NCBI GenBank assembly: GCA_951406725.2
Contig: OX597823.1
Location: forward strand, 58,528,001 to 58,592,000
Source of the DNA: Octopus vulgaris
Taxonomy: Eukaryota
Length of the DNA: 64,000 nt
Direction: 5' to 3'
Shown here in pieces: positions 12,641 to 25,879 of the stretch (the stretch's first letter is position 1; the number at the start of each line of letters is the position of its first letter). Made by a program: the position numbers and the translations under genes. The notes beneath the pieces were generated by a model. That model was not told the origin of the DNA. It saw nothing but the letters and a program-made list of their open reading frames with translations, and searched no databases.

Positions 12641-12797
12641 AGGTGTAGCTGTGTGGTAAGAAGCTTGTTTCACAGCTACATGGTTCCAGGTTCTGTCCTA
12701 CTGTGTGTCACTTTGGGCAAGTATCTTCCACTATAGCCTTGGGCCGACCAAGGCCTTGTGAGGGGATTTGGTAGACAGAAACTGAAACATATAACAG

Positions 12798-12835
<38 letters not shown>

Positions 12836-12927
12836 CATCATCATCATCATCGTTTAACGTCCGTTTTCCGCGCTAGCACGGGTTGGACGGTTCGACCGGG
12901 GTCTGGGGAGCCAGGGGCTGCCCCAGG

Positions 12928-12962
<35 letters not shown>

Positions 12963-13092
12963 GTCTGCATCTGTGTTTGCCGTCCTTCCTCTCCATCACC
13001 ACTTGACAACGAGTGTTGGTGTGTTTGACTAAAGCCCTTCATGGCACTGCTCCAGCATGGCTGTAGTCAATTGACTTAAACAAGTAAAAGAG
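12641..13092 (+). mobile_element. SINE family A with nested RTE-tail insertion (12835-12930, minus)
   Basis: Head and tail match family A. (CAT)nCGTTTAACGTCCGTTTTCC.. sits inside the internal (TA)n. Confidence 0.8.
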
Positions 13093-13204
13093 TAAAAAAA
13101 AGCAAACTTCTTAACCACACAGTTTGAATTTCCATAGACGAAGAATTGATGATGGTCAGTCGATCTGTCTTTATTTCTAGTACTTAGAAAGATGGATCCT
13201 AATG

Positions 13205-13445
13205 GTCCTTTCCAAGTGATATAGATTCATAGGGCTGGTTTCCATGGTGCATATATGCACCCCCCATCCCACTGGATGGGATGTTGGTCTGCCATTAGGA
13301 TTTCTCACTTTTGCCAGCTGAGAGGGCTGGAATTATGTGAGATGAAGTGTTCTGCTCAAAAGCAAAACACACTGCCAGGTACAGGAATCAAAACTTCAGT
13401 CTTGCAATCATGAGTCCAATACCCTAACCGCTAAACTATGCACCT
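13205..13445 (-). mobile_element. SINE family C
   Basis: Reverse complement of the head and core seen at 24725. Confidence 0.6.
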
Positions 13446-14079
13446 CTGTGATTGATTCTAATGCTAAGGGGTTAATGACGGCTGTGATCAATTGGGCTAC
13501 AACGGTGGACATATGAGCAAAGTGTACGCTAAAAAATCCTTCAGCAGTAAGGATACATTCATTTGGTTCTTAGGCTTTCTAATCAACAATTCAGGTTTCA
13601 AGTGTGTTCACAGTTCAGAGGCCACCACCCACTCAGATAAAACCACAATCCAGTTCCTACTGAAAACACAATGCTGATAAATAATATGTCAGTAGTCCAG
13701 AGATTTAATCCTCAGATTATGGCTGAAAAACAACTAATCCTTCCAGTTACTGGTTTCACTCGCAGAAGTATGTGTGTCACTTATCTAGCTGTGGTAGTAG
13801 TAATAATTTAGTCCTTAGTTCAAATCTTATAGTGTAATCAACCAGTCACCCCACATTTTAACCTCATGGCCATTTTCACTGAATATATTATCATCATCAT
13901 CTGATGTCTCTCTTCCATACTGATATGTGTGTGTTTATGCATATGTAATATTGTGGGTATCTTCCTTTCTCTCTCTCTCTCTCTATGTATGTATATACTG
14001 GTATATGTGTATCTATTTCTCTCCATATATTAGCATGGAAAGCGGACGTTAAATGATGATGATGATAAACTGATGTGTG

Positions 14080-14140
14080 TATGTATGCATGTTTGTGTGT
14101 GTATATATATATACATATATACATATATATATATACATAT

Positions 14141-14175
<35 letters not shown>

Positions 14176-14290
14176 GATATACTGATATATGCGAGAGGGT
14201 GTATGTGTAAATATATATGTAAATGTGTGTGAATATATGTAAGTATATATGTATGTGCGTGTGTTTGTGTATGCATGTATATATACGCTT
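14080..14290. repeat. TA/TG compound microsatellite
   Basis: Read directly. Confidence 0.85.
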
Positions 14291-14645
14291 AAATATTGTG
14301 GGCAGATTTATTACTTTTATATATGATAAAGAAACCATTTACCATCACCATCATCATCATCACCATGTCTGATCATTGTCATTATTGTTAATAAAAGAAA
14401 TCCTTATTACTTTCATACGGAGGTGGCACAATAAATTTTGTGTTGCGCAGTAGTAAATTGTTGCTACATTATAGTTCGAAATATTTCAAATATTAATGCT
14501 GTTTTCAAGTACCTGCTTGGTGTTTCTCCTTTATCCTAGCACATTCTCTAAGTAAAAGCAATCACACATCTAAATATATTAAATTTTCTTTTTTTTTTTT
14601 TTTTGTTTGTTTTATTTATTTTACTTAAGTTTAAATTTTGGATAA

Positions 14646-14974
14646 ATATATATATATATATATGTATATATGTAAATGTGTGTGTATATATATGTATATA
14701 TGTAAATGTGTGTGTGTGTATATATATATGTATATGCGTATATATATGTATATATGTAAATGTGTGTATATATATGTATGTAAATGTGTGTGTGTGTATA
14801 TATGTAAATGTGTGTGTATATATATATATATAAATGTGTGTATATATGTATAAATGTGTGTATATATATGTATGTATGTAAATGTGTGTGTATATATATA
14901 TATATAAATGTGTGTATATATGTATAAATGTGTGTATATATATGTATGTATGTAAATGTGTGTGTGTGTGTAAC

Positions 14975-15005
<31 letters not shown>

Positions 15006-15035
15006 AAATGTGTGTGTATATATATGCATATATAC
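14646..15035. repeat. Minisatellite-like array of TAAATGTGTGTATATATG units
   Basis: Recurrent TAAATGTG anchor with variable TG/TA runs. Confidence 0.9.
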
Positions 15036-16911
15036 ACAGACACAGAATTGCACTTGTTTCCAGCAACAACCCTCTCCAACATGAGTAATAAGTAAATAAT
15101 AATAATAATAATAATTTTTAAATGATGATGATGATTAATAATAATACTACTACTACTAATAAAATCAGTAAATGCCTATAGAAATAAAACTACCCATAAA
15201 TAGCTGAATAATTTATGTATAGCTGTAGTTACATTGTAAACTGGAAATAGGAAGCAACATTTTCATCCCTTCCATTAGATTACATTAACCGCATTAATAT
15301 ACTTAGATTCTGTTGAGATTTTACTTTCTCTTTTTATTTTAACCTTATTTTATATTTCATGGTATAAGTTTTAGCTTAGAATTTGCAATGAGTTGTTAAG
15401 AATTGATAATTAGATGATACCAGCCATGCCTTAGTGATTTATTAATATTTTCCAGCTTATTGCTGCCACTCTGGTATTATTCCTCGAGATGATTTCTGCT
15501 TCTTCCCGTGTTAGTGTTGGTGTTGGTGTTAGCGGTGACAGTGTGTACGAATTAGGCAAAAAGTAATCAGGATAGAATCATGATAATTCACTCGCTCAAG
15601 TTTAGTATTTAGGAAGGTCACATGCAGTCAGTTCATATGAAAGAATGGAAAAAGAAAAAGAAAAAAATTGTAGGTGTTCTATTGAGAAATGTAAGGGGTT
15701 GGTGGTTGAAGTAGGTTGGTAATCAACACATTTTGTGTGTTAATTTCTAATGGGACTGCTTGGTTACTTCAAAATACTTTGGCATGTTCCACTAATCTGT
15801 CTGGCTTACAGAGGTGAATCTTCCGTGTCTGCTAAATGAAGACTCTCATTTGATTCCCAGAGGAGTTCTTGTTACTTTCGCTTATGTTGCTGACCAAATT
15901 ATTTATGGCTTTTTAACTCTACCATCACCAGTCACTGTTGAAGCAGAATGTAGTTCTAGTTATGGTGTTGAAATAGCAACTCAAGAATCTTTTAATTCTA
16001 ATTTACTGCAGATATTTCTTCGTAATTTGGACTGTGAACTTCATTCTAAACATTCCTAGTTAGTTGACTGTTGATATCAGAGCATCTAGACATATTAGTG
16101 AAGATGACCAAAAACAAAAGATTTGTGTGTTGATAGGTTAACACCATGAAATTAGTGCTAAAATAAGTATTACTTTTTCCTTAGCCACTTGGAGCTTAGA
16201 AGATGATTGTTTTTACTTACATTGTTACACTGCTTGTCGATTTTGCATTTACTGTTTTAGTGTCCTTGGCCCAGCACAATTTGCAGGCGTTGTAAGTTCA
16301 CATAAGGGTAGCAAATGTCAATACTGCATTAAGGGTTGGGGCCTTGGATGTCTAAACAAGTTATCATTAAGTAAAATATTTTAACCATGTTCAGTGCTAA
16401 ACAAATCACATTCTCAGAAAATTTTTTTGTTGGTAGTGGAATATGATCCTGAGCTATCAGTAAGCAGAAAAGTGACAGATGATGCACCAAGGCCCAGTAT
16501 AATTTAGTTACCTAAGCTCTTGTCTTCTTTTATAATTGCCATTAAAAAAATTATCACAGGGACACTAGTTCATGCAAATATCTCAAAAGTAGCTAATGCT
16601 GGACTGCATTTAAACATTGCATGAAAAACAAGCTTCTGTTTGATTATGATAATCTACTTTTCTTTTTTTTTTTTTGTTTGTTTTTTTTTTCATGCAGAAA
16701 TTGAGTAATGGAGAATGGGGTGTTTGTAATATGTCTGTCTGTCTGTCTAGCAAGAGAGAAGGGCGCACAAGCATGTTATGTAGTTAAGTTGGTTTCACAA
16801 CCACATGGCTGCAGGTTCAGTTCCAGTGCCCTGCTCCTGTCAAACTGTCCAACCTGTGCCAGCATGGAAAATGGATGTTAATAGATGATGATGATATGAA
16901 CATAGTTGTAA

Positions 16912-17130
16912 GGCGGCGAGCTGGCAGAAACGTTACTATTCCAGGCAAAATGCTAGACGGTATTTCGTCTGTCTTTATGTTCTGAGTTCAAATTCCACCA
17001 AGGGCGACTTTGCTTTTCATCCTTTGGGGGCTGATAAATTAAGTACCAGTTGCACACTGGGGTCAATCTAATCGACTGGCCCCATTCCCCCCCAAAAAAA
17101 TTTCGGGCCTTGTGCCTAGAGTAGAAAAGT
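16912..17130 (+). mobile_element. tRNA-derived SINE family B
   Basis: GGCGGCGAGCTGGCAGAA head, GTTCTGAGTTCAAATTCC B-box, TSD ATAGTTGTA (16902-16910 / 17139-17147). Confidence 0.85.
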
Positions 17131-17798
17131 ATATGTATATAGTTGTATTATATGTATTTATTAAGAAGAAGAATAATTTCTTGAGATATATATAAACAAT
17201 AGAAGCTAACAGATAACTTTGTTATTAAATGCATTAAGAATTTTATCACACACCTTACCTTGTTCTAAATCCCCATTTATTTCATTGAATACCTCTGCCA
17301 TATGCTTTTTTAGGACCCGATTCTATTTACTTATTTATTTTACTGACTTTACATTTCTTTTACTGCGTCAGCATGGCTGTGATGGTGGTGTAAATTTGGT
17401 CTTTCTGTCTTTATTTGATATTCAAAATACACGTAAAATTATTTTTTGTTCCTAATGCTGACAATATCAGAATCTCTGATTTGAAAAGTTGTTTATGCAA
17501 TAACCACTAAACTGCAGCTGCCATGCTCTGCTGAGGTGAGTGTCATTTGTTGTTTAGCCCTGGGTCAGTCATGATCTGACAGACCTACGTTCGAAGGTGC
17601 TCCATCTTTGAGCATTACTAGGGTGCATTAGCAAGGTAGTACAGCATTAAATCATAATTCCACATGCATTAGTCATCTCTTCTCTCCCTCTCGATCAATT
17701 AGCACTTTGAATATTCGTCTCCTTCTCAGTTTTTTCCCCTCTCTTTTTGTGACTACAAGTTCTTTCCTGAACACCACATCTGCAGAATCTAACTTTAA

Positions 17799-18243
17799 CC
17801 CTTTGGCATTTAAACTGGCCATGTCCCGTCTAAATATTCCGCATGGTTTATGTTCAAACTGGCCAAATTTTGCTTCTCAAATCTACCCTTAAATGTCATC
17901 TTAAACAAAAAAATCACATCACTGCAATCTCAGGACTACAAGATAATACAGGATAAACTGAAAACAATGTAAATAAACAAGCATTACATTTGACAGAGAA
18001 ATCTGAATGCTAATGGGTTAACCCTTTAATATTTAAGCCAGCCATATCTAGCCCAGATGTTCTGCATGATTTATGTTCAAATCTAGCCAGATCTGGCCTC
18101 TTGCATGTATCATGCAATGTCATTCTAAATACAAATAATCACATCATTAAAATCTCAAAGTAACGAGATAATGTATGATTTATTCAAAGCTGTGTGAATA
18201 TATAAGCATTACATTTGACAGAGAAATCGGAATGCCAAAGGGG
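17799..18243. mobile_element. Two tandem M1 piggyBac MITEs sharing one TTAA (18018-18021)
   Basis: TTAA|CCCTTTGGCATTT..GGG|TTAA|CCCTTTAATATTT..AAAGGG, with homologous bodies. Confidence 0.85.
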
Positions 18244-18390
18244 TATTTCCTTTCATACACTATGAGATAGAATAACATAACTCTAAACCTGTGCAGTACT
18301 GTCTCTAGTTAGCACTTCTCTAGTAAAATCTGTTTATAATAATAGTAATTTTAAATTATTTTGTTTCATATGTCACAATATCTGTTTTAA

Positions 18391-18908
18391 CCCTTTAATC
18401 TTTCATACTACTCAGTCAAATGTAAAAAAAAAAAAAAAGGTAACTACCCCCTTCAGTCATGAATGACCATGGGATTGCACCTTGAAAGTTCCCCTCTGAG
18501 ACACAAGTCCAGGCAAGATTGTTTCTGGAAGGAAGGTCAGCAGTCACCCATGCATACCAGTCTCCCCTCTTCCGCACCACCGACATTATCTAAGAGAAAG
18601 GCAAAGGCCAATACAGCTTAGTACAAGGGATGTCACAATTCATTTCTACAGCTGAGTGAACTGGAGCTACATGAAATAAAGAGTCTTGCTCAAGAACACA
18701 GCTCACAGTCTGGTCCAGAGTCAAATTCCCTACCTCATGATTGTGAGCCTGGCGCTCTAACCACTTAGCCATGCACCTTCACTGTAATATTTATTCACAT
18801 TTTTTAGAATAACATTGTAGGGTAGGTGTGAAAGGCTGGATCTAGTCAGATTGAACATAAAACTGGTTGAATATTTTGTGTCAGATTTAGGCTGGTTTTA
18901 AATACTAT
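18391..18908. mobile_element. M1 MITE interrupted by a SINE
   Basis: Starts TTAA|CCCTTT. The MITE body resumes after 18783. Confidence 0.6.
18426..18782 (-). mobile_element. SINE family C with oligo(T) tail
   Basis: Head GGTGCATGGCTAAGTGGTTAGAGCG, CORE-like block, TSD TGTAA (18421-18425 / 18783-18787). Confidence 0.8.
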
Positions 18909-20683
18909 TATTGGCTGCAAACAATATGGTCTTGATTTCAGTTCTTATGCTATAACCCCTGTGTTGTACTTGTGAACAAAATAACTCGCGCAACTAAAGC
19001 TTGTCTCAGCTTGCTTGACTTCGATGACGAAGTTCTAGTTCATTTCTTCATTGAAAATACATTCAGCAACAAAAATAAGCATTCCTTCTTCTGTGATAGC
19101 ATTAAAAATTGATGAAAGAAAAGAAAAAAAAAAAAAAAGAAAGAAAGAAAGAGAAAAACTTTGGAGTAACCTAAATCATATTTCTTAGTTGAGAATTTGG
19201 TTCCTGTGGAAATGTGTCAGAAATTGTTTGTTAACTTCATTTTCAATTACTATAATGATGCATTGGTAATTAAGAAATAAAGGCTCCGATTATTTTAAAC
19301 TAGGTTTAGTTGAAAAGTAACACAAGTGTGATTGATGCTTTGCTGCGGTACTTGGATTGGCCAATATTAGTCTCTGTTGCCATCTATGTGGGGGAGAGGG
19401 GGTATTTTTATTATTTTTTTTTTTTTTGCTACTATTTCTTATACCTCTCATTTTATTATATATTTTTTTTCTCTCTCTTGCTCACTTTCTCTGTAATCTA
19501 TCACTCCTAAATTTCTTCTCCTTCCTCTTGAGACTACTTGCCCTCTTCTTCCTTGTCATCCTTGATGGCCGCTATCTGAAACTAACTAACTCACCCACCC
19601 TTCTGCACTGGTAACAGTGGTTTGGTTATAATAGTCGCGAATGGAGTAATATTGGGAAAAATTTGATTAAATGCAGGAATAAAAAAAATAAATACATAAA
19701 TAAAAAAAGCCATATTAAGTGCAAAATGCACAGATTGTCAATATAGTTTACTGGTGAAAATACTTATTAGATTTTATTCAATAAAATATCTCAGTACTAT
19801 ATATAAATAAGTATATATGTATTTTAGTGTGTGTGTGTGTGTATATATATATATACATACATATGCATGCACACATATACACACATACATGTGTATATAT
19901 GTATTTGCCTCTCTGTGTTTATGTTGAAGCATACATGCACACACATGTATATACATATATACATAAATCTCTTCCTTTTTGAAATTTCTTTTTCTTGTTC
20001 CAACAGAATTTTTTTTTGTCTTGATTTTTTTGTTATTGAAAAACGTTGACAAAATTGGATTGCTTGAAAATTATGAAATATGATTTTTTAAAAATTTTAT
20101 TTATTTGCTACTTGGCTGCCAATTAGACTTCATTAAACATACTTTGATTTACGCTCAAAATACAGACTTTTTTTTTCATTTTTTTTTTTAATATTTGACA
20201 CTCTCACACATGCACAGTCTTACACACACACACACAAGCTGCTACATAATTCTATTTTGAAATACAGGAACACACACACACACACACCTGAACATTGTCA
20301 TTATTCGTACACCTAAACTGATAACTAAATCCATTTGTTTTAAAATAATATCTGCTACAAGTCATCTCTCTCTTGCATGACATGCCAAGAATCAGGTGAG
20401 GTGGGAGGCACCCCCCTCCACCCTTAAAAAAAATGACAAAACATTACTGGTTGTAAGTGTGTTTAGGGAGCAGCAAGATTGTTCTTTCCCTTTTTTAAAT
20501 TTTGTTTTATGGGTACTTGTAGAATTAGCTTCTGCCGGTTATGAAACATCTCTTTCTGGTATTTTTGCATAAATGTGTTTCTTTTTTCTATCCTCATTCG
20601 CCTAATCTTTTTACATGTGCATTTGTTAACGTATATGCACACACAAACACACGCATTTATACACACACACACGAGTCTGTATA

Positions 20684-20715
<32 letters not shown>

Positions 20716-21628
20716 GTTTATACTATTAGGTGTGTATGTATATATATATATATATATATATATGTAGGACTTGTTATTTTTCATTTACCATATTTTTATG
20801 CATTTTTATCTTGTTTGACCCTTGACAACAAGCTTACTCGAATTTGCTGTCATAATAAATCCATTCCACACCATAACAACAACAACTGCAATAATAATAA
20901 GTACTTCTGTAGTCATATAATTTAGTTTGATTGACATATCTGTTATTCCACAGAAATTTCATTTCTCAAAACATAACAGTCTTCCCTTGTATGTCTTTGA
21001 AGAAAAAAAGAAAAGATTTCTGCAAAGAGAACAAGGGAACAGAATAGATATAATTCTCTGGATATCCACTTGAGTGAACTTGAATGTTCATTTGGACAGG
21101 AAAGCCTTCTCTAAATTGGGAAGGCTTGGGTGGGTGGATGAGTGGGGTGGCTATGACTCCCCCACGCACGCTGCATTTTCTCTTTTCTTTTTTTCTGACT
21201 TCCTAAAGAAAGAATAATGTGGTGGCAGGGTTTTCTGTTGTCAGTGCTTTCTGCTGGTGTCTTTATTCTAGTGGTGTTTTTTTTGTTGTTGTTGTTGTTG
21301 GCTGTTATTTTGACTGACGGCATGTAAGTCCAATTACAATCTGTGCTCTACTTATAAATGACAAGATAAGTTTTGAACCTTAGGGAACTATCTGGCTTAC
21401 TATCCATCCATACTTGACTTCAACAGTCTCTTCTGTATTCGGTATATTAGATGAATGCTATCGTCTTTCTTTTCTTGCAAGTGGGCGACTTATTAGCAAC
21501 GTCTTCAAAGAAAGAATATGTGCATATGTGTGTGTGTGTATGTAAATATATATAATGTGTGTGTGTGTATGTAAATATATATAATGTGCATGTATATATG
21601 CATATATATGTGTGTATGTATATATATA

Positions 21629-21667
<39 letters not shown>

Positions 21668-21912
21668 CATCATCATTGTTTCATGTCTGTCTTCTGTGTA
21701 TGCATGGGTGGGACAGTTGATAGGAGCTGGGTAGGTAGAAGACTATCCCAGGCTACTGTCTGTTTTGGCAGGGTTTTTACAGCTGGATGCTCTTCCTAAC
21801 ACCAACCATGCTACAGAGTGGACTCAGTGCTTTTTACGTGAGGTTAGTTTTGGCATGGATATGCTTCCAAATGCCAACCACTTTACAGTATGGACTGGAT
21901 GCTTTTTATGGT
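21668..21912 (-). mobile_element. RTE-like 3' UTR fragment
   Basis: (CAT)n tail plus GGATGCTCTTCCTAACACCAACCA. Confidence 0.65.
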
Positions 21913-22389
21913 GGTCACAATGTGCGTTGCATTAGCATTGTTAGCCTTCGAATGATGCAACCCTGCTGGTTACGTGGACAGGCCAACATTCTCTACTGAT
22001 CAAGATGGGGATGGAGACTACTAAAGCCATGATAAATGGAGTATTTTGCTCAAGAACACAATGCATCCCACACTACCCTTCCCTCAGTCTGGAAATCGAA
22101 ACTAAAATGTTTTTTTTCTTTTGTTGTTGTGTACTTCTGATTAACATGGTCAGACTGACATATGATCAAAGAGAGTCCAGGTGTGACTATCCGTTTTTTG
22201 TTGAGGGAGATTTGATTGCTGTTTTGCAAGTGGGGTAACCACATAGAAGTTTCTGCATTGATTCTATCATTAAATTACTGGTGTGCTCCGAATCAATGAA
22301 GTTTCTTTTATCAGATGACCTTCAATGAATCTCTTGTTCTAAATTAGAATCTACTAACTATTGCTTTTCTTCCTTTTCTCTTTACACAG

Positions 22390-22658
22390 GTCAAAAGAAG
22401 ATAACAAAGAGACTGAAGAGCGAAAGAGAACCTTCTCTGACCGACAAAAATCCTTGGAAGAGAAGAAAGCTCAGCAGCTGAAAGAGGAAGCTGAGAGAAA
22501 CAAAATTGAAGAAGAGAGGCGAATCAAAAGAGAGGCAAAACGAAAAGAAAAGAAGGATCGTGAAAGGCGAGAGTCTATGCAGTTTCAAAAAATTGAGGAA
22601 CAGAGAAATGAAGTCAGTTACTATGGACCTAACTTTTCAGTACATCCTGCATTAACTA
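22390..22658 (+). CDS. Internal exon of HP1/chromobox-like gene: E/K/R-rich hinge (SKEDNKETEERKR...VHPALT)
   Basis: Pyrimidine tract plus CACAG acceptor, open purine-rich frame, donor GTAAGA after 22658 (phase 2 to 1, compatible with the CSD exon). An alternative donor GTCAGT lies after 22612. Link to the CSD exon is inferred. Confidence 0.75.
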
Positions 22659-23124
22659 GTAAGAACATTAATTTTTGTTTTGTCTTTTTTTTAAAAATCT
22701 TGTTGTTGTTCTACAAATCCAGGCAAGGGCCACCTTTTGCTAGAAGTGGGCTGCATCAGACATGACTTGTTATCAAGCAGGTCAAACTACTAAAAAAAAA
22801 AATTCAAGGTAATCATTCATTAGATGTGTCACTCAGAAATACTTGCAGTTTGTCTGCACTAGTCGACCCTGGCTCAGCAAATCTTTATTTTATTTAAGGC
22901 AGAAGAATGTAATTTAAAGGAGCTTCGGCTGCTGCTTCTTGCAGGTTATGTGACTGCTTGTGGATTAATGTAAAAGAAATAAAAAGCATTCTTGAAGCTG
23001 CTGAAAAAACTATATGGCTTCTATCTTATCATCTTATTAATTTCGCTGTCTAGAAAGTAGTTACATTATTGATAATAATAATAATGGCTTCAAATTTTGG
23101 CTCAAGGGCCAGCAAATGTAAAGT

Positions 23125-23840
23125 TCTGCTGACTCATAAGGGCCAGTTTCCCAGTTTCAAGGCATATGAATTCCTCACCTGGGCGAGATGCTGGCCTGTC
23201 ACATGATTACTCAGTTTTTTCAGCTGAGTGGACAGGAGCAACATGAAATGAAGTGCTTTGCTTAAGAACATAGTGTGTCGCCCAGTCCAGGAATACATAG
23301 TGGCATTTTGTCCATCTTTATGTTCTGAGTTCAAATTCTGCCAAAGTCAACTTAGCTTTTCATCCATTCAGGGTTGATAAAATAAATTAAGCACCTGTTG
23401 AGCACTTGGGCTGATCTAATCGACCTATTCCTTCCCTGAAGTTGCTGACCTTGAGCCAAAACTTCAAAGTGCTATTATTATTAAGGTGGTCAGCTGGCAG
23501 AATTGTTAACTATACTGTAGAAAACGCTTAGCACCCTTTCATCCATCTTTTATGTTCTGATATCAGATTCCACCGAGGTTGATTCTGCCTTTCATCCATT
23601 CAGGGCTGATGAAATAAGCACCTGTTATGCACTGAGGGTCAGTGTAATCGACTTACATCCTCCCACCAACTTGTTGGCCCTTACGTTCTGAGTTCGAATT
23701 CAGCCCAGGTCGACTTTGCCTTTCATCCTTTCAGGGTTGAAAAATTAAATATCTGTGAAACGCTGGGGTCAGTATAATTGACTAGTTGTTCTCTGCCCAC
23801 AAATTTGAGGCCTTTTGCCTCCAGCAGAAAGGATTATTAT
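23125..23840. mobile_element. SINE cluster: family C (minus, ~23125-23300) then three family B pieces (plus)
   Basis: Repeated GTTCTGAGTTCAAATTC..CTTTCATCC..GATAAAAT blocks. Confidence 0.7.
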
Positions 23841-24724
23841 TAATAATGTAATTACTTTTTAGACAGTGATATTAATAAGACGAAAAAATAAATGCTGCAT
23901 AGTTTTCTAGCAGCTTCAGCAATGCTTTTTAATTTTCTTTTTAAATTGGTGGTGGTGCTGGAAAATTGCTTGGGTTTTTTTTTCCTTCATTTTCTCTTTA
24001 TTAGAAAGAGAAGCAAAATGAAGAATTCTCTATTGTTGTCATATCAAATATCCATTTTTTATTACCTTTGTTGAGGTGGGTGGGTTACTTTAGTTCAATA
24101 CATATTATTGCTTCCCTACAGCTTGGAGATATGCTGGTTTTCTTATACTTCTTTCAAGGCAAGGAAACATTGATGTGGTTCTTTAGCATCAGGTTAGCCC
24201 TGATCAAAGCACACCTGTGATTGAAGACATCCCTGCCATAACTGTCCCATTTTAAGATGGTGTATCTTGGATCTCATTATCCAGTTTGACACCTTTTTTC
24301 TTTTATCTTGGTGTATATGTGTGTGTGTGTGTGTGTGTTGAGGAAGATTTAGCTTCTGTTTCTTGGTTGAGCAACTGTTGGCTTGTTTAGCATATTGTTT
24401 AGGCCCTTGCCAGCCCTGATCTTGACTGATCTATAGATTATCCTCTGCTTTTGTGTGTGTGTATTTGACTACTATTTCGAGCAGGTTAGGTAACCACCTT
24501 AAGACTACTCATTGCTTTATTTCATAATAAAATAATCTTTATCTGAATACTATAGTGTAAGACATAAGCTCTGGATCAGCTATGACTGTAAGCCAGTTTT
24601 AAACCTAAACAGTCACATAATCAAACTTTCAAAGCTACAAGTTAATGCATAATTAATTCAAAACAATGTAAATAAGCAAACATTGCATGTGACTGGGTAA
24701 TCTGAATGCTAAAGGGTAAAATCT

Positions 24725-24915
24725 GCACATGGCCTAGTGGTTAAGGTGTTGGACTTGTGATTGTAAGATTATAGTTTCAATTCCTAGACCCAGCAGCACA
24801 TTGTGTTCTTGAGCAAAACACTTCATTTCATGTTGCTCCAATCCACTAAGCTGGCAACAATGAGAAATTCTATGACAGACCGGCATCATGTCCAGGTGGG
24901 GAGTATATGTATATA

Positions 24916-24963
<48 letters not shown>

Positions 24964-25035
24964 CATACATACATACATACACCGTGGAAACTGTAAAACC
25001 AGCCCTATGAGTTAATATGACTCAAGAAGGATCAT
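24725..25035 (+). mobile_element. SINE family C
   Basis: GCACATGGCCTAGTGGTTAAGGTG head and TTCTTGAGCAAAACACTTCATTTCATGTTGCTCC core. Confidence 0.75.
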
Positions 25036-25879
25036 TCTAAAACTGTAAAGTATCACTCTTGGTTGGGGAGATTTGATAATAATGGTGCAATATAATTGAT
25101 GATGCCCACCTTGGAAATATGTAACCTTTTATTAGTATTGGAAATAATTGTTTTAAGGAAAGTGGATAGTAGTGTTGGTAGAGCAAAATATTTTATGGCA
25201 TTTAATCTCAATTTCTTAAAAACCCTGAAGCCTAAATCCTTATATAGCCTTTGGTCATCCCAAGTTTATCATCAGTTGTGTTGGAGTCATTTAAATCTTG
25301 TTCTTCTGTTGAAAGAAACCAAAAGTAGCAGGTTCAGATCACAGAGTTTGTCTACATACTTGTCTCTAATTCATTTCTTACAAAGGCACCATGTAACACG
25401 AACTTTTGACAGTAGTGTAAGGTGCAATATTGGCATTTATAAAAGGTATTAAAAATTGCTTACAGTATCTGCTTCTGTGTAAAACAACTACCATCTACGC
25501 TAACACATCACTAACTGCAACAATAATCATCATCATTTAGCATCCACTTTTCCATGCTTGCATGAGTTTGACAAAGTTTGAGGCAGATTCTCTGTGGCTG
25601 TATGCCCTTCCTGTCACCAACTCTCACCTGTCTTTAAGCAAGGTAATATTTCCCATGGCCAGACATCTTTTTTTTTTGTCATAAAAGACTGGAAATTTAA
25701 ATACATCAACTAAATGAAATATACTCACACACATACATGAATGCCCAGGAACATATATAATAAAGATTTACAATAGAAATTCAATCAAAACTTGTCACCC
25801 ACCTTAAAGGTAAATTAAAATTAGAAGTAAATAAAAAGTAAAATGAAGTAAGTTTGAAAAATATTTATACAATCTCATC

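Noticed and set aside
14030-15082. His/Thr/Tyr/Ile-repeat ORFs (also 5288-5582, 19774-20052, 60517-61106)
   Set aside because: Microsatellite translations.
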